Below, one piece after another: positions 34,765 to 45,939 of a DNA stretch of 45,939 bases. Position numbers and translations under genes: made by a program. The notes beneath the pieces were generated by a model that had not been told where the DNA came from, did no database searches, and saw nothing but the letters and a program-made list of their open reading frames with translations. Origin of the DNA: Nemertoderma westbladi (lineage: Eukaryota > Animalia > Xenacoelomorpha). The stretch lies in contig JAUCBJ010008010.1 of the NCBI GenBank assembly GCA_032718475.1, forward strand, positions 1 through 45,939. The letters run 5' to 3'. Position 1 is the first letter of the stretch; the number at the start of each line of letters is the position of its first letter.

Positions 34765-36614
34765 CCCAGTAAAAAATCCGCATGCGTAACGCATTCGTAC
34801 CACATGCAGCATTCGTAAAAGGTGCGTGCAATGTTATTTAAGATTCGTGTAGCCTTCGTCAATGGTTCGTCAGTCCGAATAATTTAACGAATGCGTATAG
34901 TATTCGTATCGCATGTGAGATTTCACTTGTAAATATATTCGTGGCTCATCATTCGTGGCACATGCGATACGAATGCTTCCACTCCACTCAAAAATAATTC
35001 GTGGTTCATTCGTTCGTGCCACATGCGATACAAATGCTTAGCCACGCCACGCTTAAAATTATTCGTGGTCCATTCGTGAGGCATGCGATACGCATGCAAA
35101 GCACTCTCAATTATAGTAGCGTACAGACTGTAATACTGGCCAATCACCATTCGGCAAATAATCGAACATAGTGTTATTAGTTAGTAGCTCCCCCGCGTTG
35201 TTACCAGTCAGCCAGTCCCATGTACTTTTACTATATATTTATTTAATGGGTTGCCCAGTAATTCTTAACTCCCGTTTATTATTTTTGGTTCCCCATTATT
35301 TTGGTATGTAAACCTGTTCCCTTTACCAGCATGCTTGATATACTGTAATAATGTAAAGGTTATGTACTGTAGGCTAGGTGAGATCAATAATGACAACATA
35401 AAACTACTGTATTAACTTAAGGAACTACAGTATGTAGGCATACTTATAGTATGTAGGCACTAGGCACCCCCCACCCGTAGTTTTAGCCCCTGTCATCCTG
35501 TACAGTAGTACTCATTTTCCAAAGTTATTACAGTAGTTTTATGTTGTCATTATTTATCTCACCTGGCCTACAGTACAGTACCAATACATATTATAAAGCA
35601 TGTGGAATTTTTATTAAATTGTACCTGTGTATGGTGATATTCTCACACAGTTTCTTAGGCCTCCAGGTCGAATTTGTTTAATTCGCTATAAAACGCCATT
35701 AAAAAGTCTACTGATATACTGTAGCAGTTAATTACCGGTAACTGCTACAGTAGGCCCTACACTTATTAATGGTAAAAAAATCTTACAGACAAAATACATC
35801 AAAGGCATACATTTTATGAGATGCATCAACATAATTTCAATGTTTTTTTTACTATATTCTAGAATTTTAATTCGCTTTTTTTCGATAATAAGTAATAAAA
35901 TATATATACTGTATAATAATAATACAAATATATATAATAATAAATAATAGAATATAATAATAAAATAATATAATATAATATAATAATAAAATAATATAAT
36001 AATAAAATATCATAAAAAATAATAAACCATCAATAATAATTAATAAGATTAATTAAAAGCTTGAAATTAATATTCTAGATAATAAAATCATCAGAACTAT
36101 AACGATTTACGTCTGAAATTGCGTGCTCTTGAATTATATCTGAACATTTTTTTGGGGAAATTGAAAATGGCTTTCATATTCGATTCGGAATATCAAGTAT
36201 ATTCAAAAAAATAAAATAAAATGGACACGTTTTAACAGTTGTAAACTGTTAAAACTATGTAAACTGTAGCGAAATAATAAAAAAAATAAAAATCCTGCGG
36301 TAAACATTCGTATAACACTCGTAAAACATTCGTAACGCATTCGTATAGCGTGGGAAACATTCGTATATAACATGCGGGACGCATTCGTATAGTGTGCGGG
36401 AAACATTCGTATAAGATTAGGGGCGCATTCGTAGAATGTGCGGGATTCGAATAAGGTCGGTCGTATTACATTCGATATGCGAATAAAGGATGCGTATTTG
36501 GTTCGGTTTTCGCATTCGTATCGCATGGTTCATCTATGTAACATTTCAGAATGCGTTACGAATGCGTGAAATATGCGCCATCCCATGCGTTACGAATGCG
36601 GATTTTTTACTGGG
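34765..36614. mobile_element. TIR element with CCC ends and TA TSD (CMC/EnSpm-like or Tc1/mariner-like)
   Basis: TA|CCCAGTAAAAAATCCGCATGCGTAACGCAT ... ATGCGTTACGAATGCGGATTTTTTACTGGG|TA; many subterminal CATTCGTA repeats. Confidence 0.85.
35363..35580. repeat. Small palindromic element
   Basis: TACTGTAGGCTAGGTGAGATCAATAATGACAACATAAAACTACTGTA is inverted at ~35529-35576. Confidence 0.7.
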
Positions 36615-37613
36615 TAATGGCATGCAGTTCTGCCTCTCCCCAGAAGTTAAAGCCTGACACATTCATTGCCTAAGTTGCTTCTGTATCTCATCAGAACCAA
36701 AGCTTTTCATTGGCTGTATATTACTATCCTTGTTTTATTGGCTGGAATATTTTTTCATTGGCCAATCCAAGCATGGACCGGCTTTTATGGACCGACTTTT
36801 AGGGGTCAGGACCGACCGGGTTTTACCCGGTCCTAGTTTTGGATAAATTCCCCGTAGACTATCATAGGGACCGGCGGACCGGGTTTTAGGGGTCTTGGGG
36901 ACCGGGGACCGGGACCGGACCGGGTTTTAGGGAGGCCCGAAATTGATCAGCATTAAATTTTACGTGTATGCATCCAATGCTGTAATGGCCCATGGCTATG
37001 GCACTATCCTTGTAACCAGGCTGTCTTAATACTGTAATGCTTACCGGTACTACTCAGCTACTAAATATAGAAATATTTACAGCTTTAACTAACCCTAACA
37101 ATACTGCAATATCTGAATACTGGAATACACTACTGCACTACAGCACTAATACTGTAATCTGTAATCAGGTAATAGGCCTACCAGAATACAGCAATACTGG
37201 TACTTTGCGCCTCTACCGACTGACCAGTAAAACAAGGATAGTACTGCTGTACTGATACTGCACCGTATGCTGATTGGTTACAGTTCTTTGGTTGCCTGGC
37301 AACAAGCTTTCTGGGCAGTATTAGACTCTTTCAATTTATTTTTTTGCAGCATATAGGTAAAATTTAATGCTGATCAATTTTTTCACTGTTTTCCGGAAGG
37401 TTTATAGTGTTTTTATAGTGTTTTCCCTATGTTTTACGGTGATTACTTAAGGGGTGCTATGCGAGGAGTACATTTAGGATTGTCAATTCAGAGAAGTACA
37501 TGTGTTAAATTCCCTGCTGATCAATATTTTCACTGTTTTCCGGGTGTTTTACAGTACTTTTCTTATGTTTTCCTAGTGTTTTACCGTTTTACTAGTGTTT
37601 TCCTAATTTAGAA

Positions 37614-37760
37614 CTATCCCCACATTCCCACAATTGTATACATCAAAATCACTTCTCAGTTCGTCGCATTGCAGTTTGGAACTCTCTTCCCTCTAATGTG
37701 GTTGGCGTTGATTCCTCATCCGCATTTCACACTAAACTCCGACCTATTCGACCTGTCCTC
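37614..37760 (+). pseudogene. Short CR1-like LINE 3' remnant
   Basis: HFSVRRIAVWNSLPSNVV...SSSAF resembles the CR1 ORF2 terminus. Confidence 0.5.
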
Positions 37761-38670
37761 TCATTGCCAGGGGTCATGGAAATGAACAATGAATAACGTC
37801 CACGTATTTTAGTTCTATAATATATTTTAAAATGTTAAATATGTTTTTATTGTGATGAATGATTTATTTATACAGTAATAATACACTTTGATCCATATTT
37901 TAATTAATGTTTCGATCTACAGTACTAAATATGAATAATGTGTACAGAACTATTAATTGTCTGAATTATGTAGGCCTACCGTACTAAATTTTATTACTAA
38001 ATTATTACAAATTTTGATACAAATTATTGCGTATTTTTATTTAAATAAATTTTCTGATTGAATTTACTAATTTTTAAATTTTATTTACTTATTATGCCAT
38101 ATCCTGTACACCAGTGTTTTAATGAATGTAATATCTATAAATTAATGTGGATTACGTAAATATGTACTTTTATTGTGTTCTGCATGAATATGCGGATGAT
38201 CTAGCAAATGTCATGGGTGATGGAGTTGTGGCGGCGCAATTTTGTCGATAAGCCGGCACAGCATTCTTAAAAATGCAGCTGCAATGCAGGATGCCGATCC
38301 TAGTAGTACTGCATTTCATTTTATTTTGTTTATTAATACATTACCTGTACTTATTTTTACTCTGTGGTGCTTTATCGCATGACTGAGTGTATAATTTTAA
38401 CATAGTGTATAAACCAACAAACAACTGTACTAACTATCCTACCGGTATCTACAGATCTATGAAAATGGGAATCTTGTTTGTTATGTTTCGTTATTGCTGT
38501 ATCGCTGTATTGTTATGACAGTATGATGAGGTTATTACAGTATTACACTCAAATTCAAATTCAGCTGTATACAGCATAGTACTGTAGTAAAATACTGAAA
38601 TACATTCTGTAGGTCTACCTGCCTGCCCATTGAATGATAGGCCTACTGCTGGAAATTCAATTATTTAAAC

Positions 38671-40137
38671 ATGGACTTGAACTCGACAAATGAAGAGAAC
38701 GGTGCTGAATATGTTGAGGTAGATATTGAACATTTAGACTCAGTTTCAGAAGCTTTGATAGATTATCACAGTTCTGAAGGTGACCACTTTGCTAAAGATT
38801 TCTACAGTCGAGGAGACCACGGGCACAGCGAATTGGATGCCGACAATTCATCGATAACTTTTAACGAGGATGAGCTAAAATCTTTGAATTTAAGCGGTTC
38901 CCGATGTAGTTCGTGTTCCTCGCTTGTTGGAACGGGTATGGAACCCAATCTTGACAATCTACCACCCGAGTTATTCTACTACATTTGCACATTCATCGAC
39001 TCGCGATTCCTCTCTGAGACTTTGGCGTACGTTTGTTCCTTGTTCTTCCGGTTGATTCGGGACGAGGAAACGTGGCGTATTCGCATGAAGTACAGATGGA
39101 GACAGCCATACATCCTCCCTCCTAGGTCCCGCTACCGGTACCACTGCTTCCAGTCCTACTTACAACGGGAGGAAACCCACAAGATGTGGGACAACCCCGA
39201 AAAAACAACGGATCATTTCCACGTCACCGATAACTACGCGGCAATCGATTGCGTCCATCTAATGGACACGGGCGACCGACTGCTGTGCGCAACAGGTTCC
39301 AGAGATAGAAGTTTGAAAGTTTACGATCTCTCGAAGTTTGATCCAACGAAGAAATCTGCGGAGGTCGCTAACGAGGCTAGGGTGCTGGACTGGAGCGCTC
39401 ACGACGGTTGGGTCTGGTGTCTGGCCTCCAAGGAGAACCTTCTCAGTTCCGGATCTTGGGATAAAAACATTCGTATTTTCGATTTGAATCGCGAGGGCGA
39501 GTGCATTCATTCGATTAAAACGAAAACCGCGGTTATTTCTTTAAAGTTTTCCGACTTTATTATATCCGCGGGTTTCGATAAGAAGGTGACTCTGTACGAC
39601 CCCAGGACTTACGAGTCGGTTATGACGTTAGGTCGGCATTCTATGCCGGTTTTAGCCGTGGAGTACGACGGTACTCACCTCGTCTCGGCCAGCGAAGACA
39701 AGAAAGTCTGCGTTTTCGACCTTCGCGGCAATAAACAACCGCTGGTTCAGTTGGATATGGAGAAATACGTGATGTGTTTGTCCATGGAGTTCGGCCAGTT
39801 GTGGATGGGAGACCGACAAGGTGCGGTGCACTTGGTGGATTGCAACCGGGGTTTATTCGCCAAGGTTTCCTCAGGTGCCGCCCACGATGGTAAGCTCACG
39901 GATATCGCTCACTCGCTCGGTTGCGTCGCCACTTGTTCCACCGACAACTCCATTAAGATCTGGGAGCCCAGCAGTTTCGGCGGTCGCCAATATTTAATTC
40001 GGCAGCTCAAGGTTTCCTCCTTGCCCGTGACGTCACTCGCTCTCAATGTCCGACATCAGGTTTTCATGGCTGGCGTTACTGACATGAGTTTCCATGTTTG
40101 GAGGCCGAAAAGTGAATACAACAGCTCAATAAACTAA
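38671..40137 (+). CDS. FBXW9: F-box/WD40-repeat protein, FBXW9/MEC-15-like
   Basis: F-box LDNLPPELFYYICTFID...LAYVCSLFFRLIRDEETWR; WD40 repeats ATGSRDRSLKVYD, AHDGWVWCL...SGSWDKNIRIFD, SAGFDKKVTLYD, SASEDKKVCVFD, TCSTDNSIKIWE. Single 488-aa ORF. Orthology assigned from remembered motifs. Confidence 0.82.
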   Translation: MDLNSTNEENGAEYVEVDIEHLDSVSEALIDYHSSEGDHFAKDFYSRGDHGHSELDADNSSITFNEDELKSLNLSGSRCSSCSSLVGTGMEPNLDNLPPELFYYICTFIDSRFLSETLAYVCSLFFRLIRDEETWRIRMKYRWRQPYILPPRSRYRYHCFQSYLQREETHKMWDNPEKTTDHFHVTDNYAAIDCVHLMDTGDRLLCATGSRDRSLKVYDLSKFDPTKKSAEVANEARVLDWSAHDGWVWCLASKENLLSSGSWDKNIRIFDLNREGECIHSIKTKTAVISLKFSDFIISAGFDKKVTLYDPRTYESVMTLGRHSMPVLAVEYDGTHLVSASEDKKVCVFDLRGNKQPLVQLDMEKYVMCLSMEFGQLWMGDRQGAVHLVDCNRGLFAKVSSGAAHDGKLTDIAHSLGCVATCSTDNSIKIWEPSSFGGRQYLIRQLKVSSLPVTSLALNVRHQVFMAGVTDMSFHVWRPKSEYNSSIN

Positions 40138-40848
40138 TATAACATATAATGTAGTTTACTCTTTTAGTTTACTGTTAACTGATAATTAGTTTGGAACTTA
40201 TATGATTTATTTCCTTCCTAAAACAATCTCCAACAAATAACGCAGTTAATCTCCTAGTCTTATCGCAGGTAATAATGTAATATTTTAATAATTTAAATAA
40301 CAACCTAACGGCTGTTGGGTCCGATGTAAATATGTAATAAATGTTAATTAATATATATTTTTCTAATTTTTTTCATTTTGTTTTGTGTTATTTATTTGTC
40401 GCTGTATTGTCTCATTATAATTATGCCCTATTGTTGCCTGCCCGTTCCCTTTATTGGTAATTAACTTTTCTCACACAGACAGAGTTTGTTTTAAAATACA
40501 CCCCAACCGCCACCGCCCACCTGTCTAGGGGGGCCAATAAATCAGATTAAAATAACTACTGCATTTCTTTTACCAATAGAGAGTCTCATTTTTTAATCCG
40601 CGTGGGAAAAAAAATGCGTACCATAAAATTATGGCACTTTAAGCCGAAAAAGTGGTCAAAAAAAGTTTTCGAAAGCCATGACATATTATATTATACATAT
40701 TTTGAAAGCTCAACATTTTCTCTTTTTTTAGTGCTATTCAGAGATAAAGCTAATTAAAACAGGACAAATTAAAAAATAAAATGTGGCAAAATTTTACAAA
40801 TCCGTCTCCCAGACTACAAATCGCAGACAAGTCTACGATTGACAAGAC

Positions 40849-40989
40849 AAGACTACATTTTGTAGTCTTTTACAACTTCCAAGACTACATTTTGTAGTCT
40901 TTTACAACTTCCAAGACTACATTTTGTAGTCTTTTACAACTTCCAAGACTACATTTTGTAGTCTTGTACAACTTCCAAGACTACATTGT
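40849..40989. repeat. 32-bp tandem repeat (~4.4 copies) with internal palindrome
   Basis: AAGACTACA-TTT-TGTAGTCTT-TTACAACTTCC units. Confidence 0.9.
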
Positions 40990-43069
40990 AACCTTTGAAT
41001 GGAAACTTGTTTAATTCCCACACTATGTTAGATCTTGGAATGTCACCCTGCCCATTAAAGACAACAGTTGAATGAAGTAGCATCAAGTATTTATTATTTA
41101 GTAGTATTTATTATAGTATTTATTTATTATTCGACCTTTCGTAGCATATAGATTTCTCAACAGATTGGTAAGGTTTTTTTTCTTTTAAATAAATTGGAGA
41201 TGAGCTGTTGCAACCTTTTTTCTTTTAGCTTTCAAGTGTGCGAGTCATTGCATTTTGATGTGGTTATACTTAGCTGGTTATTACAACCTCAGAATATTGG
41301 GCCTACGTTCCTAACTGTTCATTCATTACATTGATTTATAGCATAAATCAAACAATTACCGCTAACGGACCTCTACAGAGCTCTACATAAATTATATGAC
41401 ATAATGAAATTTGCTTTCAGTACGAGATCTTTCAATATCGATTAACATTCAAAGTACATTACAGAATTAAGTTTTCACTTTTACATCAAATCGGTTAACA
41501 ATCAAACTAAATTACATAATTTCAATAATAAGCCTAACCGTCAATAAGTGCAGATAGTGCAGTGCAAACAGCCTCTTTTTATTATGTCCCTAACTTCTAG
41601 AACGAGAATACTCTGTGATATCAGTAATCCACGGTCACAAAGTACTGTATGTAAATCATGCCTATACACTATTATACAGACCTGTAATTTAATTATCCGT
41701 GGCCAAGACTACCGGGGACTATTGTTGTTGATAAGTTACGCATTTAATATATAAGTTGTCCAACAATTTAGCAGTATTCACGAAGTCACTGAAATTACAA
41801 TATTACTATATTTAGGGACAAACCACTCAAAATTTGACAAGTCTACGTTGACAAGACTACTTTTTTTTATAATTGTCTTCGAAATTCTAGTTGCTGTAGC
41901 CAAACTACAGTTCATTAATATATAACACTCAATGCATATGAAACCTAACACTACTGTATGTGTAGTCTTGGAAGCATAACCGGGGATTTTTAAGGATAGT
42001 CTCTGAATTTTTTTATATCCTTGAATTTTGATTTCCAAGGAACAGCTTGTCTCTATATTTCGCGTAGTTGTAATAAACTTTATCCCAATTTCATACCGCT
42101 AATAGATATATGATATTTTGGATGGTTCCACCGAATAGAACAAAAAAATTTAGTTTAGAAAAAGTACATTATGAAGTATAATAATGAAATTTCAAGATAT
42201 ATTTTCTTATGCATCTGTTTTATTGACAAGTCTACGTTTTTATGTATTTTGGGATTTACTTTCTCGTGTTATGTATAATCAAGTATGTGCTACAATTTTA
42301 AAATTTATATGTTTAAGAGCAAAAAATTTCAAATTTTATAATTTTGACCAAAATCTTGGACATTTAATTCCTTAAAAGTGAAAAGTGCCATATACTATTT
42401 CGTGGAAATGCGGATATAGGAAAAGAGGACAATCTTCTAAGTTATACAAATGAACCATGTATGTATGTATGTATGTAATGCTCTATTATACATCTTACTA
42501 TACTATTCAAATATATAACATTTTTATTTGACAGTTGTCATCGGGATTTACGGACCTTTAAGCCCTACTATTGTGCCCTACATATTGCGTATATTCAAGT
42601 GTAGAGGGGCTCCGAATCCCTTATAAGGCAACTATGCGGATATCCTGTGTTCTCGCGTGATTGTGGGGGGGTTGCCAGGTGTGTGTCGTCACGAAAATAA
42701 GTAATTCGGTCCCAGATAAAGGTGTCATCGTTTGGAATTATGCTGACTCAATCTGGAGTGTTTGGCCTTATTAATGAATATATAATGAATAATGAATATA
42801 TTTAATAATTGATAAAGAATATACATTGAAACGCTTGCAAAATAACATTGTAATTGCAAATGAACAATATTATTATTGCCCATTCGGAATCGCCTCCAAA
42901 ATGGTGTTACTAAACTAAACATTTGTAATACGATTATTATGTATATTACAGTATTTTACGTAATATTATGTATTATATTGCTTCAATATACTTACTACCG
43001 GTAATATGATGTACTGACTGAGTACTGATGGAAAGCTGGCCATGCAAGGATTCCAAATGTAATATCTAT

Positions 43070-43794
43070 TTACATCATTGTGTGCAAAGTAGCACTTTGC
43101 AGCGTTATGACCCGAGTTTATTTATATACCGAGCGAGCGCAGCGAGGGAGGTTTACATAAATAAACAAGGGTCTTTAACGCTGAAAAGTGACCTTTGCAA
43201 GCAATGATGTATGTAATTTTGTTACATTATGTCAACTTATCAGCGTTCGGTATGTGAAGAAAGGATTTTATGGATGCTCATTTATACATTTTAATTACTT
43301 CGAATATAAGTTACAATTTTATTAACAGGTACACAGTATTAATTATACATTTAAATCTAATGAAAGTTTATTGGAAGTTATCTCCTGCATGATAAATCAT
43401 TAATTAATCTTGAATATAGTCGACCTAAACAAACTTAGTCACCGTCTGCGTCCGTTCAGTTTTACTGAACACTGTCGCCATTTTCTTTGGTCATTTTAGT
43501 GTCTTCTATTGGTCGTTTCGCCATAATGGATTACAGTAGGCCTACACGTTAAACAATTATTTACATACAGTAGCTACTGTAGTCCCGTCACTACAAACTG
43601 GATAATAAAGCAGCGCTCATTAATTTAAATGGAAATAATGTATTCTGGAATGCGGTAATATAAGTTGTTTCCATGTCATTGATTACTTTGCAGCGTTTCG
43701 TCCTATAGGCCGCAGCGCTGCAAAGTACAGTAGTACTTTGCAGCGTTACGAGTAATTCGCCAAAACGCTGTTAAGTTGACATAATGTAACAAAA
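43070..43794. mobile_element. Double inverted-repeat element (Crypton-like non-autonomous architecture)
   Basis: Palindrome 43071-43211 centred on CCGAGCGAGCGCAGCGAGG, then a second IR pair TTTTGTTACATTATGTCAACTTA (43217-) / TAAGTTGACATAATGTAACAAAA (-43794). Family assignment tentative. Confidence 0.55.
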
Positions 43795-44591
43795 ACATTT
43801 GAATTTGTTTGGGAAATAGATGAGATATGGGCGTTCGAATGTTGCATGGTTTTGCATCTGCGCTCTGCGCAAGGCTATTTTATCCTATTTAATAAATAGG
43901 CCTACACGAACATTTTATTTCATCTCATAAGTAGCTGGGCAAAATTGCAATAACTAACAATAACTAGTATTAGTATTTATTAAATATAATAAAAATAGCC
44001 TCAAACTGTCCAACATTCGAATGCCCATTATATATCAGCTGTTTTCCAACGAAATTCGTAAAAATGTAGAATTCGTAAAAGCTTGTACTTTAGCTAAATA
44101 TTGAAAGCGAAAATAAAATTATACTAAAACCCAGTATGGTGGAGGGAGGGGCAACTATCTCTGTTACAAATTTCATGCAATCAATCCCATTAAGATTTCT
44201 ATAAAACATAAGAACGGAACAATATTAATATTGTTCCATGGTAACAAACTAAAACAGTATATTCTGGATTACTGTTTGTACTAAAAATACAGTAATTTAA
44301 GTAATTACAGTTGTTGGCAAAATCTCAATACTACAGTTGTATAGAAACTATAATTGTAACTAAAGTTAGAAAAGAAACTGGAGGCCTACACCAATTATTT
44401 AGGATTCGCCTGATTTAATGAGGTAGGTCTAAAGTAAACGCGACACGCCATATGAACACAACTTTAGTGGTAGGTACCAAACAACCATCAATAATTTTGT
44501 TAATAATCTTTTTTATTGTATAACTTATTATTACATATATTTTCTTTAAAATGTATCTTTTATTCTCCTCAAAAATGCGGACAATAAAGTA

Positions 44592-44895
44592 GGTATTACC
44601 TCGTCATGTCGACACCCCTGACCAATTTTTTTACCTGTCACTTTGTGCTTTTTATTGATTTTTTGATAATTGGTGAATGTTCTAGAACATTAGTAGATCT
44701 ATTTTTTATGGTAGCTAAGCTAAACCTAACTTATTTTTTATTTTCAAAAAACACTAGCTACCTTAAATAAATATATCTACTGTACTATTGTTCTAGAACA
44801 TTCATCAATATCAAAAAAACACTAAAAACACACAAAAAGTGACATGTAAAAAAATAGCAGGGGGCGGTGTCGACATGACTAAGTAGTAAGTACCA
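44592..44895. mobile_element. Palindromic MITE
   Basis: GTCATGTCGACACC...TGTTCTAGAACA...GGTAGCTA mirrored by TAGCTACC...TGTTCTAGAACA...GGTGTCGACATGAC. Confidence 0.75.
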
Positions 44896-45010
44896 TGAAG
44901 TAATTATCCAATCAATCTTCCAAAAATGGGGATAATAAAATATTTATCCAATCAGTGATCTATAAGTTTACTTAGTCTCTAGATCAGTTGGTAATTATTG
45001 ATAAATTTAG

Positions 45011-45238
45011 CATTAACATGACTTAGTTACACCCTAGGCCTATAGGATCTTCATTAACATGACTTAGTACACCCTATAGGATCTTCATTAACATGACTTA
45101 GTTACACCCTAGGATCTTCATTAACATGACTTAGTTAGGATCTTCATTAACATGACTTAGTTACACCCTATAGGATCTTCATTAACATGACTTAGTTACA
45201 CCCTAGGATCTTCATTAACATGACTTAGTTAGGATCTT
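45011..45238. repeat. Variable-length (~26-44 bp) minisatellite
   Basis: AGGATCTTCATTAACATGACTTAGTT(ACACCCT) units, ~7 copies. Confidence 0.9.
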
Positions 45239-45939
45239 TTTGCTCTAATAGCTAGTTTAATCAAATTTTTGTTTGTTTATTTGATTAACTTTTTGAATAT
45301 CATCACTCACAACGTATAGTAGCTATACTTTGTGAGTGAGTAGGCCTATGATAGGATTGTACTGTAGTATTAATTAAATAGACATTGGTGCATAATTGAC
45401 CTCAAATTTGCGATAAGTTTGTTACGTTAAACTTCTAATCCGAAATTAAATACTTTAAAAAAAACAACATCGTTTACTACAGTACAAGTAATACTATACA
45501 GTAAATGTAGCCCACTAGAATATTTTCCACAAAATAACACTAAAAAACTAATAATGTATGTAAATTATACCGTTATTATATTATTTTTAAATCTAATCAG
45601 TATCGTTAACATCTCTTATTACATATTATACATAGTACGTAAATACATATGAGTGCTGGTTTTCCCTCGAACATCATGGAGGCTATCGAGACTAACCAAC
45701 TACCGCAGTCTGCCACAATCCGACGACGAATGTCAACCTCAGAGGAACGGACGGACGAAAGATCATGGTAATTAATTATCACTTTTCTAATGATATACTG
45801 TGCATACATAGTTTGGTATTAGCTTACTTTGTCTTATTCAAACATATTGTCTACAACACCGGTAATCGGTTTCAGGCCCCTCCAGTATGAAACTCGCTGG
45901 TTACAGTACTGTAGTGGCGCAGCCTCAGCCTCAACCCTA

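Larger units (their letters stand above)
31125..36938. mobile_element. Mutator-like (MULE) non-autonomous element nested in the left TIR of the previous element
   Basis: ~250-bp TIRs GGGCCTCCCTAAAACCCGGTCC.../...GGACCGGGTTTTAGGGAGGCCC; 9-bp TSD AAAATTGAT (31116-31124) / GAAATTGAT (36939-36947), 1 mismatch. Confidence 0.85.
30885..37613. mobile_element. Non-autonomous element with ~260-bp TIRs (family uncertain; right end looks truncated)
   Basis: 30885-31124 plus 36939-36963 is the reverse complement of ~37357-37613, which explains the mirror ORFs at 30887- and 37429+. No TSD found. Confidence 0.8.

Overview
AT-rich, transposon-dense eukaryotic (probably invertebrate animal) genomic DNA. There are two apparent host genes: a C2H2 zinc-finger gene (293-1375, +) and an intronless F-box/WD40 gene resembling FBXW9 (38671-40137, +). 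Between them lie nested non-autonomous DNA transposons, LINE fragments and satellites. The centrepiece is a young, full-length 16.1-kb BEL/Pao LTR retrotransposon on the minus strand (13501-29637; near-identical 539/538-bp TG..CA LTRs, TCCGT target-site duplication). Its unusual features are: (i) an intact extra ORF in the env position encoding a DEDDy-type 3'-5' exonuclease fused to three CCHC zinc knuckles; (ii) no tRNA-type (TGG) primer-binding site, with the PBS position instead complementary to a sequence inside its own LTR, suggesting self-priming; (iii) a 15-unit hairpin array between pol and the extra ORF; (iv) a 2,299-bp internal tandem duplication; (v) a very long repetitive N-terminal Gag extension; (vi) a damaged gag-pol. 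All domain calls come from motifs recognised by eye; no searches were run.
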